Translations under genes and position numbers: made by a program
Shown: one piece after another, positions 50,871-62,927 of the stretch
How the letters are laid out: the number at the start of each line of letters is the position of its first letter
Position numbering within the stretch: the stretch's first letter is position 1
Source: Mobula hypostoma
Lineage: Eukaryota
Direction of reading: 5' to 3'
Length of the DNA: 64,000 nt
Assembly (NCBI RefSeq): GCF_963921235.1
Contig: NC_086098.1
Span: 6,634,001-6,698,000 of the forward strand
Notes under the pieces: generated by a model
What the model was told of the DNA's origin: nothing
The model's input: the letters and a program-made list of their open reading frames with translations, nothing else
Database searches by the model: none

Positions 50871-51152
50871 GTATAGTGCAGGTACCTAACAGAGTACAAT
50901 CACATGGATCCCAAGAGTGGTATCACAAGTAGAAGAATGTGATGGTGGTGAAGAATGTGGTGAACTGGCCTTCGTCAGTCAGGGCATGGAATTTACAAAT
51001 TATGTTTCCTAGGGAGAGATCTATTAATCAAAAATGAGATGGAATAGATTTAATGTGACAGTGGCAAGATTTTAAACACACCTAAGGGGTAGCTTTTTCA
51101 TGTAAAGGGTATGAATATATGAAAAAAAGCTGCCAGATGAAGTAGATGAAGC

Positions 51153-51632
51153 CAACCTGATGGCATGAACATTGACTTCTCAAACTTCCGTTAATGCCCC
51201 TACCTCCCCTTCGTACCCCATTTGTTATTTATATACACACATTCTTTCTCTCACTCTCCTTTTTCTCCCTCTATCCCTCTCACTATACCCCTTGCCCATC
51301 CTCTGGGTTTTTCCCCCCTTCCCCCTTTTCCTTCTCCCTGGGCCTCCTGTCCCATGATTCTCTCATATCCCTTTTGCCAATCACCTGTCCAGCTCTTGGC
51401 TCCATCCCTCCCCCTCCTGTCTTCTCCTATCATTTTGGATCTCCCCCTCCCCCTCCCCCTCCCACTTTCAAATCTCTTACTCACTCTTCCTTCAGTTAGT
51501 CCTGACGAAGGGTCTCGGCCTGAAACGTCGACTGTACCTCTTCCTAGAGATGCTGCCTGGCCTGCTGCGTTCACCAGCAACTTTGATGTGTGTTGCTTGA
51601 ATTTCCAGCATCTGCAGAATTCCCCGTGTTTG
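51153..51632 (+). mobile_element. Penelope-like element 3' part (last codons of the GIY-YIG ORF plus pLTR)
   Basis: QPDGMNIDFSNFR* at 51153-51194 (the PxG[LM]N end typical of PLE endonucleases), then a pyrimidine-rich tract, the hammerhead and the shared 3' end. Confidence 0.82.
51497..51534 (+). ncRNA. Minimal type-I hammerhead ribozyme motif
   Basis: TAGTC / CTGACGA / AGGGTCTCGGCCT / GAAACGTC / GACTG. Confidence 0.82.
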
Positions 51633-52042
51633 CTGAATGCAACAGTTAGCTGTTGAGATGTGAAAAGATTCTACAGATAAGGAAGATAAATTGCATAGGT
51701 CTCTTAAAGGCAAATGCAAGGAAAATTAGATTCTGCAAGAAGGAAATGCCAAGAAATTAAACAAATTTTGTCCACCTTCACAAAAGAAGTCCTTAAGACT
51801 TTGGAGAAGGAAAATTCTAGATTGCGTGGGCAAGAAGAAATCAGCATCAATATATAGTACTGACAAAATTAACAGTACTCAGAGGCATTAATTGCCCAGG
51901 ATATGATAGTCTGCTATTTATTCTTTCAAGATGGTGACTGCACTGTTTGTCATCTTCTATCATTCCATACATTTTAGAATGGCTCCTTCTAATTGGATGT
52001 AGCCCTTTACTTCAGAGAGAGCGAGCAAACAGATCTCTAATC

Positions 52043-52172
52043 CTGACGAAGGGTCTCGGCCTGAAACGTCGACTGCGCCTCTTCCTATAGATGCTGCTTG
52101 GCCTGCTGCGTTCACCAGCAACTTTGATGTGTGTTGCTTGAATTTCCAGCATCTGCAGAATTCCTGTTGTTT
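52043..52172 (+). mobile_element. Young 130-bp Penelope-derived insertion starting at the hammerhead core
   Basis: 9-bp TSD TCTCTAATC (52034-52042, 52173-52181). The core is intact but the 5' strand of stem I is mostly lost. Confidence 0.9.
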
Positions 52173-52892
52173 TCTCTAATCATCTGTTAGCCCGAGTACA
52201 GTACAAGAGAAAATGCTTCATTCTACCGTATTATTGAGGAAGTGGTAACAGGTGCTTGGAAAAAAATGTTTAGACAGAGTCAATAAAGGCTTATAAAAGG
52301 GAATAATGTTTGGAAAAGTTGTTAGTTTTTTTTTTGTTTGGAGTTTAACTAGAAGAATATGTGAGGTTTAACTAGCTAATATGAAGTACTTGGGTTTTCA
52401 GAAGATATTGTTAAAATGTCAAAGAAAAGATGATGAGAGAACCTGAAATATATTGACACAAAAGTATTAACAGAAAAAGTTTAGGTAAATCATAAACTTT
52501 TGGGTTAAGATGATGTACAGGGAGGAAATAGAGCGACCAGTAAAATGGTACAAGCACAACAACATGAGTCTCAGCACGGACAAGACCAAAGCGACACTTG
52601 TGGACTTCAGGAAGGTATAGACTGCATGTACACAGCCACTCCATGGAGAGAGTTAGGAGCACCAAGTTTCTAGGAGTGCACAGAACAGAAGATCTCACAT
52701 GGTCCCACAACACCAGCTTTTTGGTCAATGAACCACAGCAGTGTCTCCACTTCCTGATGAGATTGAGGTGAGTGAGGCTGCTCCACACCCCATTTTAACC
52801 AATTTTTGCAAGAAGAGTGTAGAAAGTGTCCTCACCGGTTTCACCGCCATCTGGTATGGGAATCGCAAGAGATCTAACTACAAATCCCTCCA

Positions 52893-53805
52893 TCATTGGT
52901 GGAGGAGCAGGTAGTGTTGAGGAAACAGGTAGGATGCAGAAGGACTTAGACAGATTAGGAGAATGGGCAAGAAAATGGCAAATGAAATACAATGTTGGAA
53001 AATGCACTTTGGTAGTAGAAGTAAATGTGCAGACTATTTTCTAAACAGGGATAAAATCCAGGAATCTGAGTTGCAGAGGAACTTCGGAGTCCTTGTGAAG
53101 AATCTCCTGAAGGTTAACTTGAAGATTGAGTAGGTGGTGAGGAAGGCAAATGCCATGTTAGCATTCATTTCAAGAGGTCGAGAATACAAGAGCAAGAATG
53201 TGATGCTGAGGCTTTATACGGCACTGGTGAGACCTCATCTTGAGTATTGTGAACAGTTTTGGGCCCCTCATCTTAGAAAAGATGTATTGACTTTGGAGAG
53301 GGTCCGGAGGAGGTTCACAAGGATGATTCCAGGAATGAAGGGGTTATCATACAAGAAACATTTGATGGCTTTGGGTCTGTACTCGCTGGAATTCAGAAGG
53401 ATGAGGGGGGATCTCATTGAAATCTTTCCAATGTTGAAAGGTCTAGACAGAGTAGATGTGGAAAGGATGTTTCCCATGCGGGAGAGTCTAGGACAAGAGG
53501 GCACAGCCTCAGGATTGAGGGGCACCCTTTCAAAACAGAGATGTGGGAAAATTTCTTTAGCCAAAGACTGGTGAATTTGTGGAACTTGTTGCCACATGCA
53601 GCTGTGGAGGCCAGGTCGTTGGGTGTATTTAAGGCAGAGATTGATAGGTTCTTGATTGGCATGGCATCAAAGGTTACAGGGACAAGGCTGGGAACTGGGG
53701 TTGAGGAGAACAAAAAAAAAGATTGGCCATGATTGAATGGCGGAGCAGATTCGATGGGCCAGATGGCCTAATTTTGCTCCTATGTCTTATGGTCTTATGG
53801 TCTAA
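52893..53805 (+). mobile_element. CR1 3' fragment
   Basis: DLDRLGEWA, LVRPHLEYCEQFWAP and a TCTTATGG tail. Confidence 0.9.
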
Positions 53806-55635
53806 AAGACTGAGAACTGATGACACCTTTAAAGGGGTTTCTCTTCCACGCAATAGAGATACTTATCAGGAGTGCTGCATACATAGGGCCCTTAGCATTG
53901 TCAATGATCCCTCCCATCTGTCCAACAATCTCTTTGACCCCCTACCATCAGGTAGGAGGCACTGTACCATTAGGACAAGAACTCTTAGGATGGGAAACAG
54001 CTTCTTCCCCCAGGCCGTGAGATGACTGAACTCCCTAGCACCATCCGAGTCTCATCACATATGAAGCGTTATACAGTTTACTTCTTAACTTCTATCTTAC
54101 ATGCACCTTTTAATTTAAGTTATTTGTGATAATTTTACTTTATGTGTTACGTGTGTGAGCTATATGTACTGTATTGTGCACCTTGGTCTGAAAGAACGTC
54201 TCATTTGGCAGTATACATGTGTACAGTTGAATCACAGTAAACTTGAACTTGCACTTGCAATTTGAGTCTGACTCATAAGGTACTGCTGGTATCAATAGTA
54301 GGTGTCATTACTTTTCACAATCTGTTTAAAGATTTGGATGAGATGTCTAAATGCATATACTGTATCTCAGCCTGCTGACAATACAATATTTTATGGAAGT
54401 TTTACTTGCAGGGAAGTTGAAGGGAGACCTTTATGGCATAAATGACTGAGCATTTATTTATGTACCTACTCTGCCTAATAAAGTGGCCTCTGAGTGTCTG
54501 TTTGTGGTCTTCTGCTGCTGTAGCCCATCCAGTACAAGGGTTGACATGCTGTGCGTTCAGAGATGCTCTTCTGCACACCACTGTTGTAACATGTGTTTAC
54601 CTGTGTTACCGTCACCTTCCTGTCAGCTTGAACCAGTCTGGTCATTCTCCTCTGATCTTTCTCATTAACAAGGCATTTTCATCCACACAACTGTCACCCA
54701 CTGGATGTTCGCTGTTTTCTGCATCATTCTCTGTAAACTCTAGAGACTGTTGTGCAAGAAAATCCCAGGAGATCAGCAGTTTCTGACATACTCAAACCAC
54801 CCCATCTGGCATCAACAATCATTCCAGGGCCAAAGTCACCTAGATCACTAGTCTGATGTTTGGTCTGAGCAACAACTGAACCTCTTGACCATACCTGCAT
54901 GCTTTTATGCATCGAGCTGCTGGCACATGTTTGGCTGATTTGCATTAATGAACAGGTGTATCTAATAAAATGGTTACTGTGTGTATTTTCACTCAAAGAA
55001 AGTTAAAATGAATTTATTATGAAAGTATGAAATTGGTACCATATGCTACCTTGAAATTCATTACAGGCATTTACAGGAAAGTAAACCAACAAAATATTAT
55101 TTATAATTATACATAAACAACGGTAGACAAATAGCCAATGTGCTAAAGAAGACAAATTGTACAATTAAAAAAATACTGAGAACATCAGTTGTTGGATCCT
55201 TGAGCATGAGTCTACAGGTTGTGGAATCGGTTCCCAGTAGAGGTGAGTAAAGTTGTTCACGCTGGTTCAGAAGCATAATGGTTGAAAGGTAATAACTGTT
55301 CCTCAGCTTGGTGGTGAGGTACCTAAGGCTCCTGTCCTTTCTGCCTGATGGTAGTAGTGAGAAAAGAACATGGCACGGATGGTGAAGTTCCACGGTGAGA
55401 GATGCTGTTTTCTTGTGGCAGCACTCCATGTAAATGTTCTCAATGGGTGGGAGCAGTTTGTCTGCGATGGACTGTATCAACCACTTTCTGATGACTTTTC
55501 CATTCCTGGGTATCGATGATTGCGTGGTCGGCCTTGTTGCAACCAATTAGGAAAAAATTTAGCTGAACTTACATAAACTTCGATGAAAATATTTTTTAAA
55601 AGTGTTGAGTGATATACAGCCTTTTGTATTTAGTG

Positions 55636-55716
55636 CAGGGATTCTCCATTTTCTTATACGCAATGGAGCCTTGTCATTAACCGAGAGCTCCATGGACCCC
55701 AGGTTATGAACCACTG
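55636..55716. mobile_element. 81-bp hAT/Charlie MITE
   Basis: CAGGGATTC...GAACCACTG, with an 8-bp TSD ATTTAGTG/ATTTAGAG (7/8). Confidence 0.75.
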
Positions 55717-55849
55717 ATTTAGAGGGACGTGGATATGCTCGTCCATGAGTCTCTGAAAATTGGAGTGTATGTTTAGCATCCAATTCTGAAGGTAAATGAT
55801 ATTTTGACCTTTTGACCTTTACTGCAAAAGGATTTGTGAACAAGCATAA

Positions 55850-56770
55850 ATAGACAATAGACAATAGGTGCAGGAGTAGGCCATTCGACCCTTTGAGCCA
55901 GCAGCGCCATTCACTGTGATCATGGCTGATCATCCACAATCAGTATCCAGTTCCTGCCTTATCCCCATAACCTTTGATTCCGCTGTCTTTAAGAGCTCTA
56001 TCCATGTCTTTCTTGAAAGCATGCAGAAATTTGGCCTCCACTGCCTTCTGGGGCAGAGCATTCCACATATCCAGCACTCTCTGGGTGAAAAAGTTTTTCC
56101 TCAACTCCGTTCTAAATAGCCTACCCCTTATTCTTAAACTGTGGCCTCTGGTTCTGGAATCACCAATCAGCGGGAACATGCTTCCTGCCTTCAGCGTGTC
56201 CAATCTCTTAATAATTTTATATGTTTCAATCAGATCCCCTCTCATCCTTCTAAATTCCGGTGTATACAAGCTCAGTCGCTCCAATCTTTCAACATTTGAC
56301 AGTCCCGCCATCCCGGGAATTAACCTTGTGAATCTATGCTGCACTCCCTCAATAGCAAGAATGTTCTTCCTCAAATTTGGAGACCAAAACTGCCCAGAGT
56401 ACTCCAGGTGTGGTCTCACCAGGGTCCTGTACAGCAGCAGAAGGACCTCTTTGCTCCTATACCCAACTCCCCTTGTTATGAAGGCCAGCATGCCATTAGC
56501 TTTCTTCACTGCCTGCTGTACTTGCATGCTTGCTTTCAGTGCCTGATGTACAAGAACACCTAGGTCTCATTGTACTTCCCCTTTTCCTAACTTGACTCCA
56601 TTTAGATAATAATCTGCCTTCCTGTTCTTACCACCAACGTGGATAACCACACATTTATCCACATTAAACTGCATCTGCCATGCATCCACCCACTCACCCA
56701 GCCTGTCCAAGTCACCCTGCATTCTCATAACATCCTCTTCACATTTCACACTGCCACCCAGCTTTGTTTC
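55850..56770 (-). mobile_element. CR1 3' fragment
   Basis: ORFs 55940-56527 and 56567-56770, with a (TTGTCTA)n tail. A short relative lies at ~35108-35232. Confidence 0.92.
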
Positions 56771-58131
56771 ATAAAGATGTAATACTGGAATTACATAGAG
56801 CCCTGGTGAGATTTCATCTGGAATATTGTGCGTGGGTCTGCCTCTGAATTCTGAGGAATGATAAAGGTAAATACAGGAAAGCTTCACCAAACTCCCAGGA
56901 AAGTACATTTTTTCCTGGGAGAATAGGTTCTTCTGGGAGAAGAGAGATTAGGATTGTAATGTTGAGTTCTGAAAAGTGACAAATGATTTCACTAAAAGGT
57001 GCAAAGTTCTTACAGGACTTGTCTTATGGTCTTATGGTAAACATCTGGAGAATATTTATCCCTACCAGGGATAGAAGAAATGAGTCAGTCTTGAAGTAAG
57101 ACATCATCTGATCAGGATAGTTGAGGTTCACCAGGATTTTGTCTGGATTGGAGACCATGTCTTATGAGGATAGGTTGAGCAAGATAGGGCTTTTCTCTTT
57201 GAGGTGAAGGAGAATGAGAGGCAATTTGATAGAGATGTACAAGATGATAAGAAGAATATCACGAGTCTTGGTTAAGCAACCACTGACTCCAGGCAGACAA
57301 TCTCTGAAGAGTCTTGATAATGGCCGGGGACTCCTGTCTTGTAAAGACACTGCCCAGAAGAAGGCAATGGCAAACCTCTTCTGAGGAAAAATTTGCCAAG
57401 AGCAATCATGGTCATGGAAAGACCATGATTTCCTACGTCATACAACATGGCATATAATGATGATTATGAACTATATCCATCTCTACTACCTCCACTGGCA
57501 GATCCTTCAACAAAAACATTCTTAGTGTGGAAAGGCTACCCCTCAGGTCCCTTTGTAAACCTTTCCTCTCTCATCTGAGAACTATACCACCTAGTATTGG
57601 ACTCCCCTACTCAGTGAATATTCACCTTATCCATGACCCTTGCTCTTCTATAAATCTCTTTTGTTCTATCTTGCCTCTAGAATTCTTAACCAATGGCATC
57701 CACAGTGTTTTTATATCATTGCCACAGACAGCTGTGGAGGCCAAGTCATTGGGTTAATAGGTTCTTGATCAGTCAGGATGTCAAAGGTTACGGGGGCAAG
57801 GCAGGAGAACGGTAGTGTGGCGGTTAGCACACTGCTACTGCAGCTCGGGGATTCAGGGTTCCAAGTACAATTCTGGCGGCATCTGTAAGGGATTTCTACA
57901 TCCTCCCCATGAACATGTGAGCTTTCTCCAGGTGCTCGGGTTTCCATGCACACTTGAAGACATACCGGTTAAGCTAGTGAAAATAGGTAGGTTGCTAGGT
58001 TGGGCGGCTTGTTGAGCCAGAAGGGCCTGATCCACACTATATCTCTAAATTAAATAAAATATATCGATATGTCAGCATGGTACAGCAGGCTCGTGGGCTG
58101 AATGGCCTAACTCCGCACCTGTGTATTATGG

Positions 58132-58212
58132 CAGGGGGGTCTCCAACCTGGGTCCACGGACACTTCAGTTAATGGTAAGGGTCCATGGCATAAAAAAAAT
58201 TAGGAACCCCTG
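58132..58212. mobile_element. 81-bp hAT/Charlie MITE (same family as 55636-55716, opposite orientation)
   Basis: CAGGGGGGT...AACCCCTG, with TSD TATTATGG/TCTCATGG (6/8). Confidence 0.75.
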
Positions 58213-58252
58213 TCTCATGGTCTTATATTATCTATGAATAAATAAGGATTAT

Positions 58253-58534
58253 TATTGGTGGCATCCGTTAGTCTCGCGAGACCATGGATCTGCGCCTGGA
58301 AGGTCTTGTTTCAGTCTGTGTTAGCACAAGCGATCGCTCTCACTGGAGGCTGGAACTACGCAGAGGTCTAAAAAGAGGAGGAGAAGAGAAGCTGAGGCTT
58401 GCTGCTGAAGAAAAGCGCACTTGTTGGAAAAACAGCACCAAGACAACACTGGAGGACCGCGCCTTCAAGTGCAGTTGCTGCAGCCGAGACTGTCACTCCT
58501 GTGTGGGCCTCGACAGCCACAACAGACGCACCTC
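58253..58534 (-). mobile_element. RTE LINE 3' end with a 5' inversion
   Basis: 14-bp TSD TAAATAAGGATTAT (58239-58252, 58535-58548). The 3' UTR is on the minus strand at 58253-58306. The ORF C-terminus DRSHWR...FKCSCCSRDCHSCVGLDSHNRR is on the plus strand. Confidence 0.85.
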
Positions 58535-59532
58535 TAAATAAGGATTATATCTTTAAAGTATACACAACTCAAACAAACTATCTTCTGCAATATTTTCCAC
58601 TTAGTACCTGTATTTGTTGAAAACCTGTAGCCTATTATGTGGTTGGCATCATTCCACAGAGCATGTGAATGGGTCATGTCATTTGCCATGTCATGCCAGT
58701 TCACCAACGTATTACAATCAAAACAGTCTGTGCATTGTGCAAACATATTGTTACTCTGACCCCCTAGATTAAGACTTACTTTTTCTCTGTTTTCATTTTC
58801 TTCTCAGCAGGAGAGTTATTGGCCACCTGTGATACAGAAGCTTTGTAATTAGGGGCTGCACATTATATTTCCATATGTCTATGTTCGAAAAGAACGGTCA
58901 ACTTTTCAAGCTCTAAACCTCTTGTGAATGTATATTCCTATTTATTTTGCATTCGCTACTATGTCATTGTTTGCCTAATCCATAAACTCTGCCACTCTGG
59001 GGCATGATGGTAGTATAGCGGTTAGTGTGACGGTTTTACAGCTCAGGGTGTCGGAGTTCAGAGTTCAATTCCAATGCCATCTGTAAAAAGTTTGTACATC
59101 CTTCCCGTGAGTATGTGGGTTTTCTCTATGTGCTCCGGTCTTTTATGTGCTTAATTTTTGTTTGCGTGATTTGTGTTTTTCAATCAGGTCAAGTTTATTG
59201 TCATTTAACTACATACATGTAAATAACATATATAATGTATATAGAAACAAGGAAACATTTCTCTAAACCAGCGTGTAAAGTGCAGTAGTACACATAACAC
59301 ACAATAACTTACAAACTTAGGGATAAAGTTTATAGTTGAATCACACATAAATAACAAACTAAAGTGCATTAATATTAATATTTTCTCTCTGCACTTTGGT
59401 TGTTTGTTGGTCTTTCATTTCAATGGGTTCTTTTGGGTTTCTTAATAAGAACATAAGAAATAGGAGCAGGAGTAGGCTATTTGGCCCATCGAGCCTGCTC
59501 TGCCCCATTCAATAAGACCATGCTGATCTGAC

Positions 59533-59879
59533 TGCAGGAAGATTGTTCCCGATGTTGGGGAGGTCCAGAACGAGGGGTCACAGTTTGAGGATAAAGGGGA
59601 AGCCTTTTAGGACCGAGATAAGGAAGAACTTCTTCACACAGAGAGTAGTGAATCTGTGGAATTCTCTGCCACAGGAAACAGTTGAGGCCGGTTCATTGGC
59701 TATATTTAAGAGGGAGTTAGATATGGCCCTTGTGGCTAAAGGGGTCAGGGGGTATGGAGAGAAGGCAGGTACAGGGTTCTGAGTTGGATGATCAGCCATG
59801 ATCATACTGAATGGCGGTGCTGGCTTGAAGGGCCGAATGGCCTACTCCTGCACCTATTTTCTATGTTCCGACGTTTCTA
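59533..59879 (+). mobile_element. Third copy of the young CR1 family, 5'-truncated
   Basis: Nearly identical to the 3' end of the 37387 element. TSD TGAC (59529-59532, 59880-59883). It sits inside another CR1 tail. Confidence 0.92.
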
Positions 59880-60759
59880 TGACCATGGACTCATCTCCAC
59901 CTACCTGCCTTTTCCCTATAACCCTTAATTCCCCTACTGGAGTTTATTACACTGGCCTCTCCGGATCCAACAAATGGTGCACATGTGTATCTTAAATGTT
60001 TCTTTTGTGCTGGATTGGGACTGGCACCTAGAGGCTGACTCTTGCAAAGGTGCTGCTCTCCAGTGTTGACTCCCTGGAAGACAGGCCAAATTGCCTTCAT
60101 CTGCATTTGACGCAGAGCGAGATGAGGAACTGCTCCATGCTTGTTCCTGCAGAAACATGGCTACAGGACAATATTCCATGCACCATCAGTCTTTGCCACC
60201 CAGTGGCTTGTGCAAATATTATTTTGTGACTGTAGGTGCCATTGTAATTATATGTGCTCTGTGCTATGGGTGGCTGTATGTTCTGTGTTTTGCACCTTAG
60301 CACCGGTGGAATATTGTCCCATTTTTTGTACACATGTGCATGGTTGAATGATAATAAACTTGAACTTTGAATATGATTGAATCATGGTGCCTTGTTTCCA
60401 ACAATGAGGATATTGTTTCTGCTACTGCCACCAGAAAATAGAACACTAGAGCACAATACTGGCCCTTCAGCCCACGGTGCTGTGCCTACCTTATAACCCA
60501 CTCTGATATCGATCTAAACTTTCCCTCCATTTTCTTTCCTCTATGTGCATATCTAAGGGTCTCTTAAATATTCCTAATGTATTTTCCTCTACCACCACCC
60601 CTGGCAGGGCATTCACACAACTACTATTTTTTGTGCGAAGAAATTATCTCTTACATCCCCCTCCCCATACTTCTGTCCAAACACCTTAAAATTATGTACC
60701 CTCTATTAGTCATTTCTGCCCAGAGAAAGGTCTCTGGCTGTCCACTTATCCCTTGTCCC

Positions 60760-60930
60760 ACACCAACCCTCACCCAGTCTCTCTTTTCCCCTACTCTCAC
60801 CTGCTTATTCCTGTTTCTGCCCTCTTCTTTTTCAGTCCTGATGAAGGTCTCAGCCCAAAATGTCAACTGTTTATTCCCCTCCATTGATGCTGCCTGAGCT
60901 GCTGAGATTTTCCACCATGTTGTGTGTATT
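60760..60930 (+). mobile_element. Decayed Penelope-derived element
   Basis: CAGTC-CTGATGA-aggtctcagccc-AAAATGTC-AACTG. Other decayed copies lie at ~8725-8845, 10970-11040, 25820-26130 and 29125-29320. Confidence 0.75.
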
Positions 60931-61458
60931 ACTAGTGACTTACATGCTTTAATGCAATAGAACGTTTTAATTTGTTACCTATTTCACATTCTTCAAAGAT
61001 GACTTTTTTTTTTACAGAACAGATATTGGTTTCTTTGAGTGTTGATCATTAAACATGGCTGGTATACAATTGGAATGATTCTGTCTTCAACAAAATCACC
61101 TTAGTGTCTGGCATGGAATTAGAGAGCTACAGAAACAATGCAGGTAGAACACTGAAATTGCTGTGACACTCAGAATTTCTACAATGAAAAATTGCTGTGA
61201 TAGACTAATTCTGAGGTCAATTTATCATCCTTTTGTCTTTTATTGAAATAATTCTGTCTCTTAAAATTATGATTGATCATGTTATTCATAACCCAAAGAA
61301 TTGTCAGGTATGGCCCTGAAGTTGCTCTCACCCTGCCAGTGAGAAGCCAATGGAAAGTGTAACATTTATACCAGATTATCCTGCAATTGCTTCCTCAGGG
61401 TTGTTATAGCCAGGGGGAGGTGGTGGGGGATAAGCTCCCACTTCCTATTAAATGCTCT

Positions 61459-62730
61459 TGTAGGGTAACATAATTGGGAGAGATATACATAATTCGCAAC
61501 CACCAACATTGAATTGGGTTTCTCTTTAAGAGGGTGGTCTGTTGTATTGACGTTATTATGTAAAAGGTTCTTAGCTCACTTTTGTTGTAGGGTTTGGAGT
61601 TCAATAAAATGTGATATGGGTTTCATTAAACATAAAGCACCTCACTTTGTTTTATTTGCGGAAACCTTCATTGGTGACCCTGATGCTCTAAGATGATTCC
61701 TGAGTTGTTGAACGTGTCGGCCAACATAGTCGCTTTGAAACTGCCAAAGTTTTGGGAGCAAAATGCTGTCACTTGGTTTGTATAAGCTGAGGCCCCATTT
61801 GCCCTGCAAGAAACCTCCTCCGACAACACCAAATTTGACTAGGTGGAAATGTTGCTCAGCAACTCCATGGCTGTGAGAGTAGTGAATCCGGAACACCCGC
61901 CTGAACACGATAAATAACCATCGCTGAAAATTCACTGTTAACAGACTTCTGAACTATCAGAGTCTGTGGGAGCCAAACTGCTGCTCTCCTTACCCGGTCT
62001 CAGTGATGCTAAGCCACCAGAGCAAACTGACCACACGCTGTCTCTCCTGGGAAATTACTATCCTTGTTTTTAAAACTCCTCATGTAGCAAATCTGCATGA
62101 TCAAGTTTGCATAGCCCTCACTAATACACCCATGAAGGACTATAGGGAGCTTGCTAAAATGGTTGATGGTCTACTCTCAGCCAGACAGTAGTGCATCATT
62201 CCTCCTCCTTTCTCTGCCTCAATAAGCCCAGTAAGCAAGACCCCCAAAATAAGGACGCCTGTGGCTGCAAGACAGATGACGCCACACCTATGCTTTTACT
62301 ATGCTTGTTTTGGTAGGAATGCTCAGAAATGCCAACAACCTTGCAGCTTCAACAGTGCCAGCACATCAGGGCATCAGAGATCTGTGAACACTTTGAGTTC
62401 AAGCCGCCAGGGCCACCTACTGCTCATTACAGACATCCTTTCAGTATGACACAGGTGCCCAAGTGACCATGCTGCCTGCCTGGTGATGAGGAGGCAAAGA
62501 GTGACAAAACCTTGCTGGAGGCCGCCAACAGCAGCAAGATCCAGACTCACGGGACATGACATGTGACACTCCGCTTCAGTGGATGACGTTACACATGGGA
62601 CTTTGTCCTGGCTAAAGTGGCTAGTCCTCTGCTCAGTGTGGATTTCCTGTGTACCCAGGGGCTGTTAGTTGATCTTAAGAACTTCCAGCTTGTGGATGTC
62701 AAGGACACTGGGTCATTACCCTGCTCCCCC
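61459..62730 (+). mobile_element. Gypsy LTR retrotransposon relic (5' LTR, tRNA-Trp PBS, gag, protease)
   Basis: The LTR ends ...CTTCA at 61670 and the PBS TGGTGACCCTGATG lies at 61672-61685. Gag motifs are VALKLPKFWEQNAVTWFV*AEAPF and LCFYYACFGRNAQKCQQPCSF. Protease motifs are DTGAQV, LEAANSS and PLLSVDFL. The LTR start is uncertain. Confidence 0.85.
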
Positions 62731-62927
62731 AGTAAGTCATATCGGTCCCTGCTGTTCCTTTGGATTCATCAGTTGCATGAAGAGGGGGATGCCTGATCCT
62801 TGGACAACAGCTTCTCTCCGTATTGTACTGCCCCGGCTTGTATATTTAGTCAGCTATGATGCAACATCCATTGTCAATTTCGACCAACAGTGGGCCTTAA
62901 TAGTACAACTATAAAATTATAAACTGT

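Noticed and set aside
51194..51656. Pro/Leu/Ser-rich and Gly/Arg-rich ORFs
   Set aside because: These are low-complexity translations of the Penelope pyrimidine tract.
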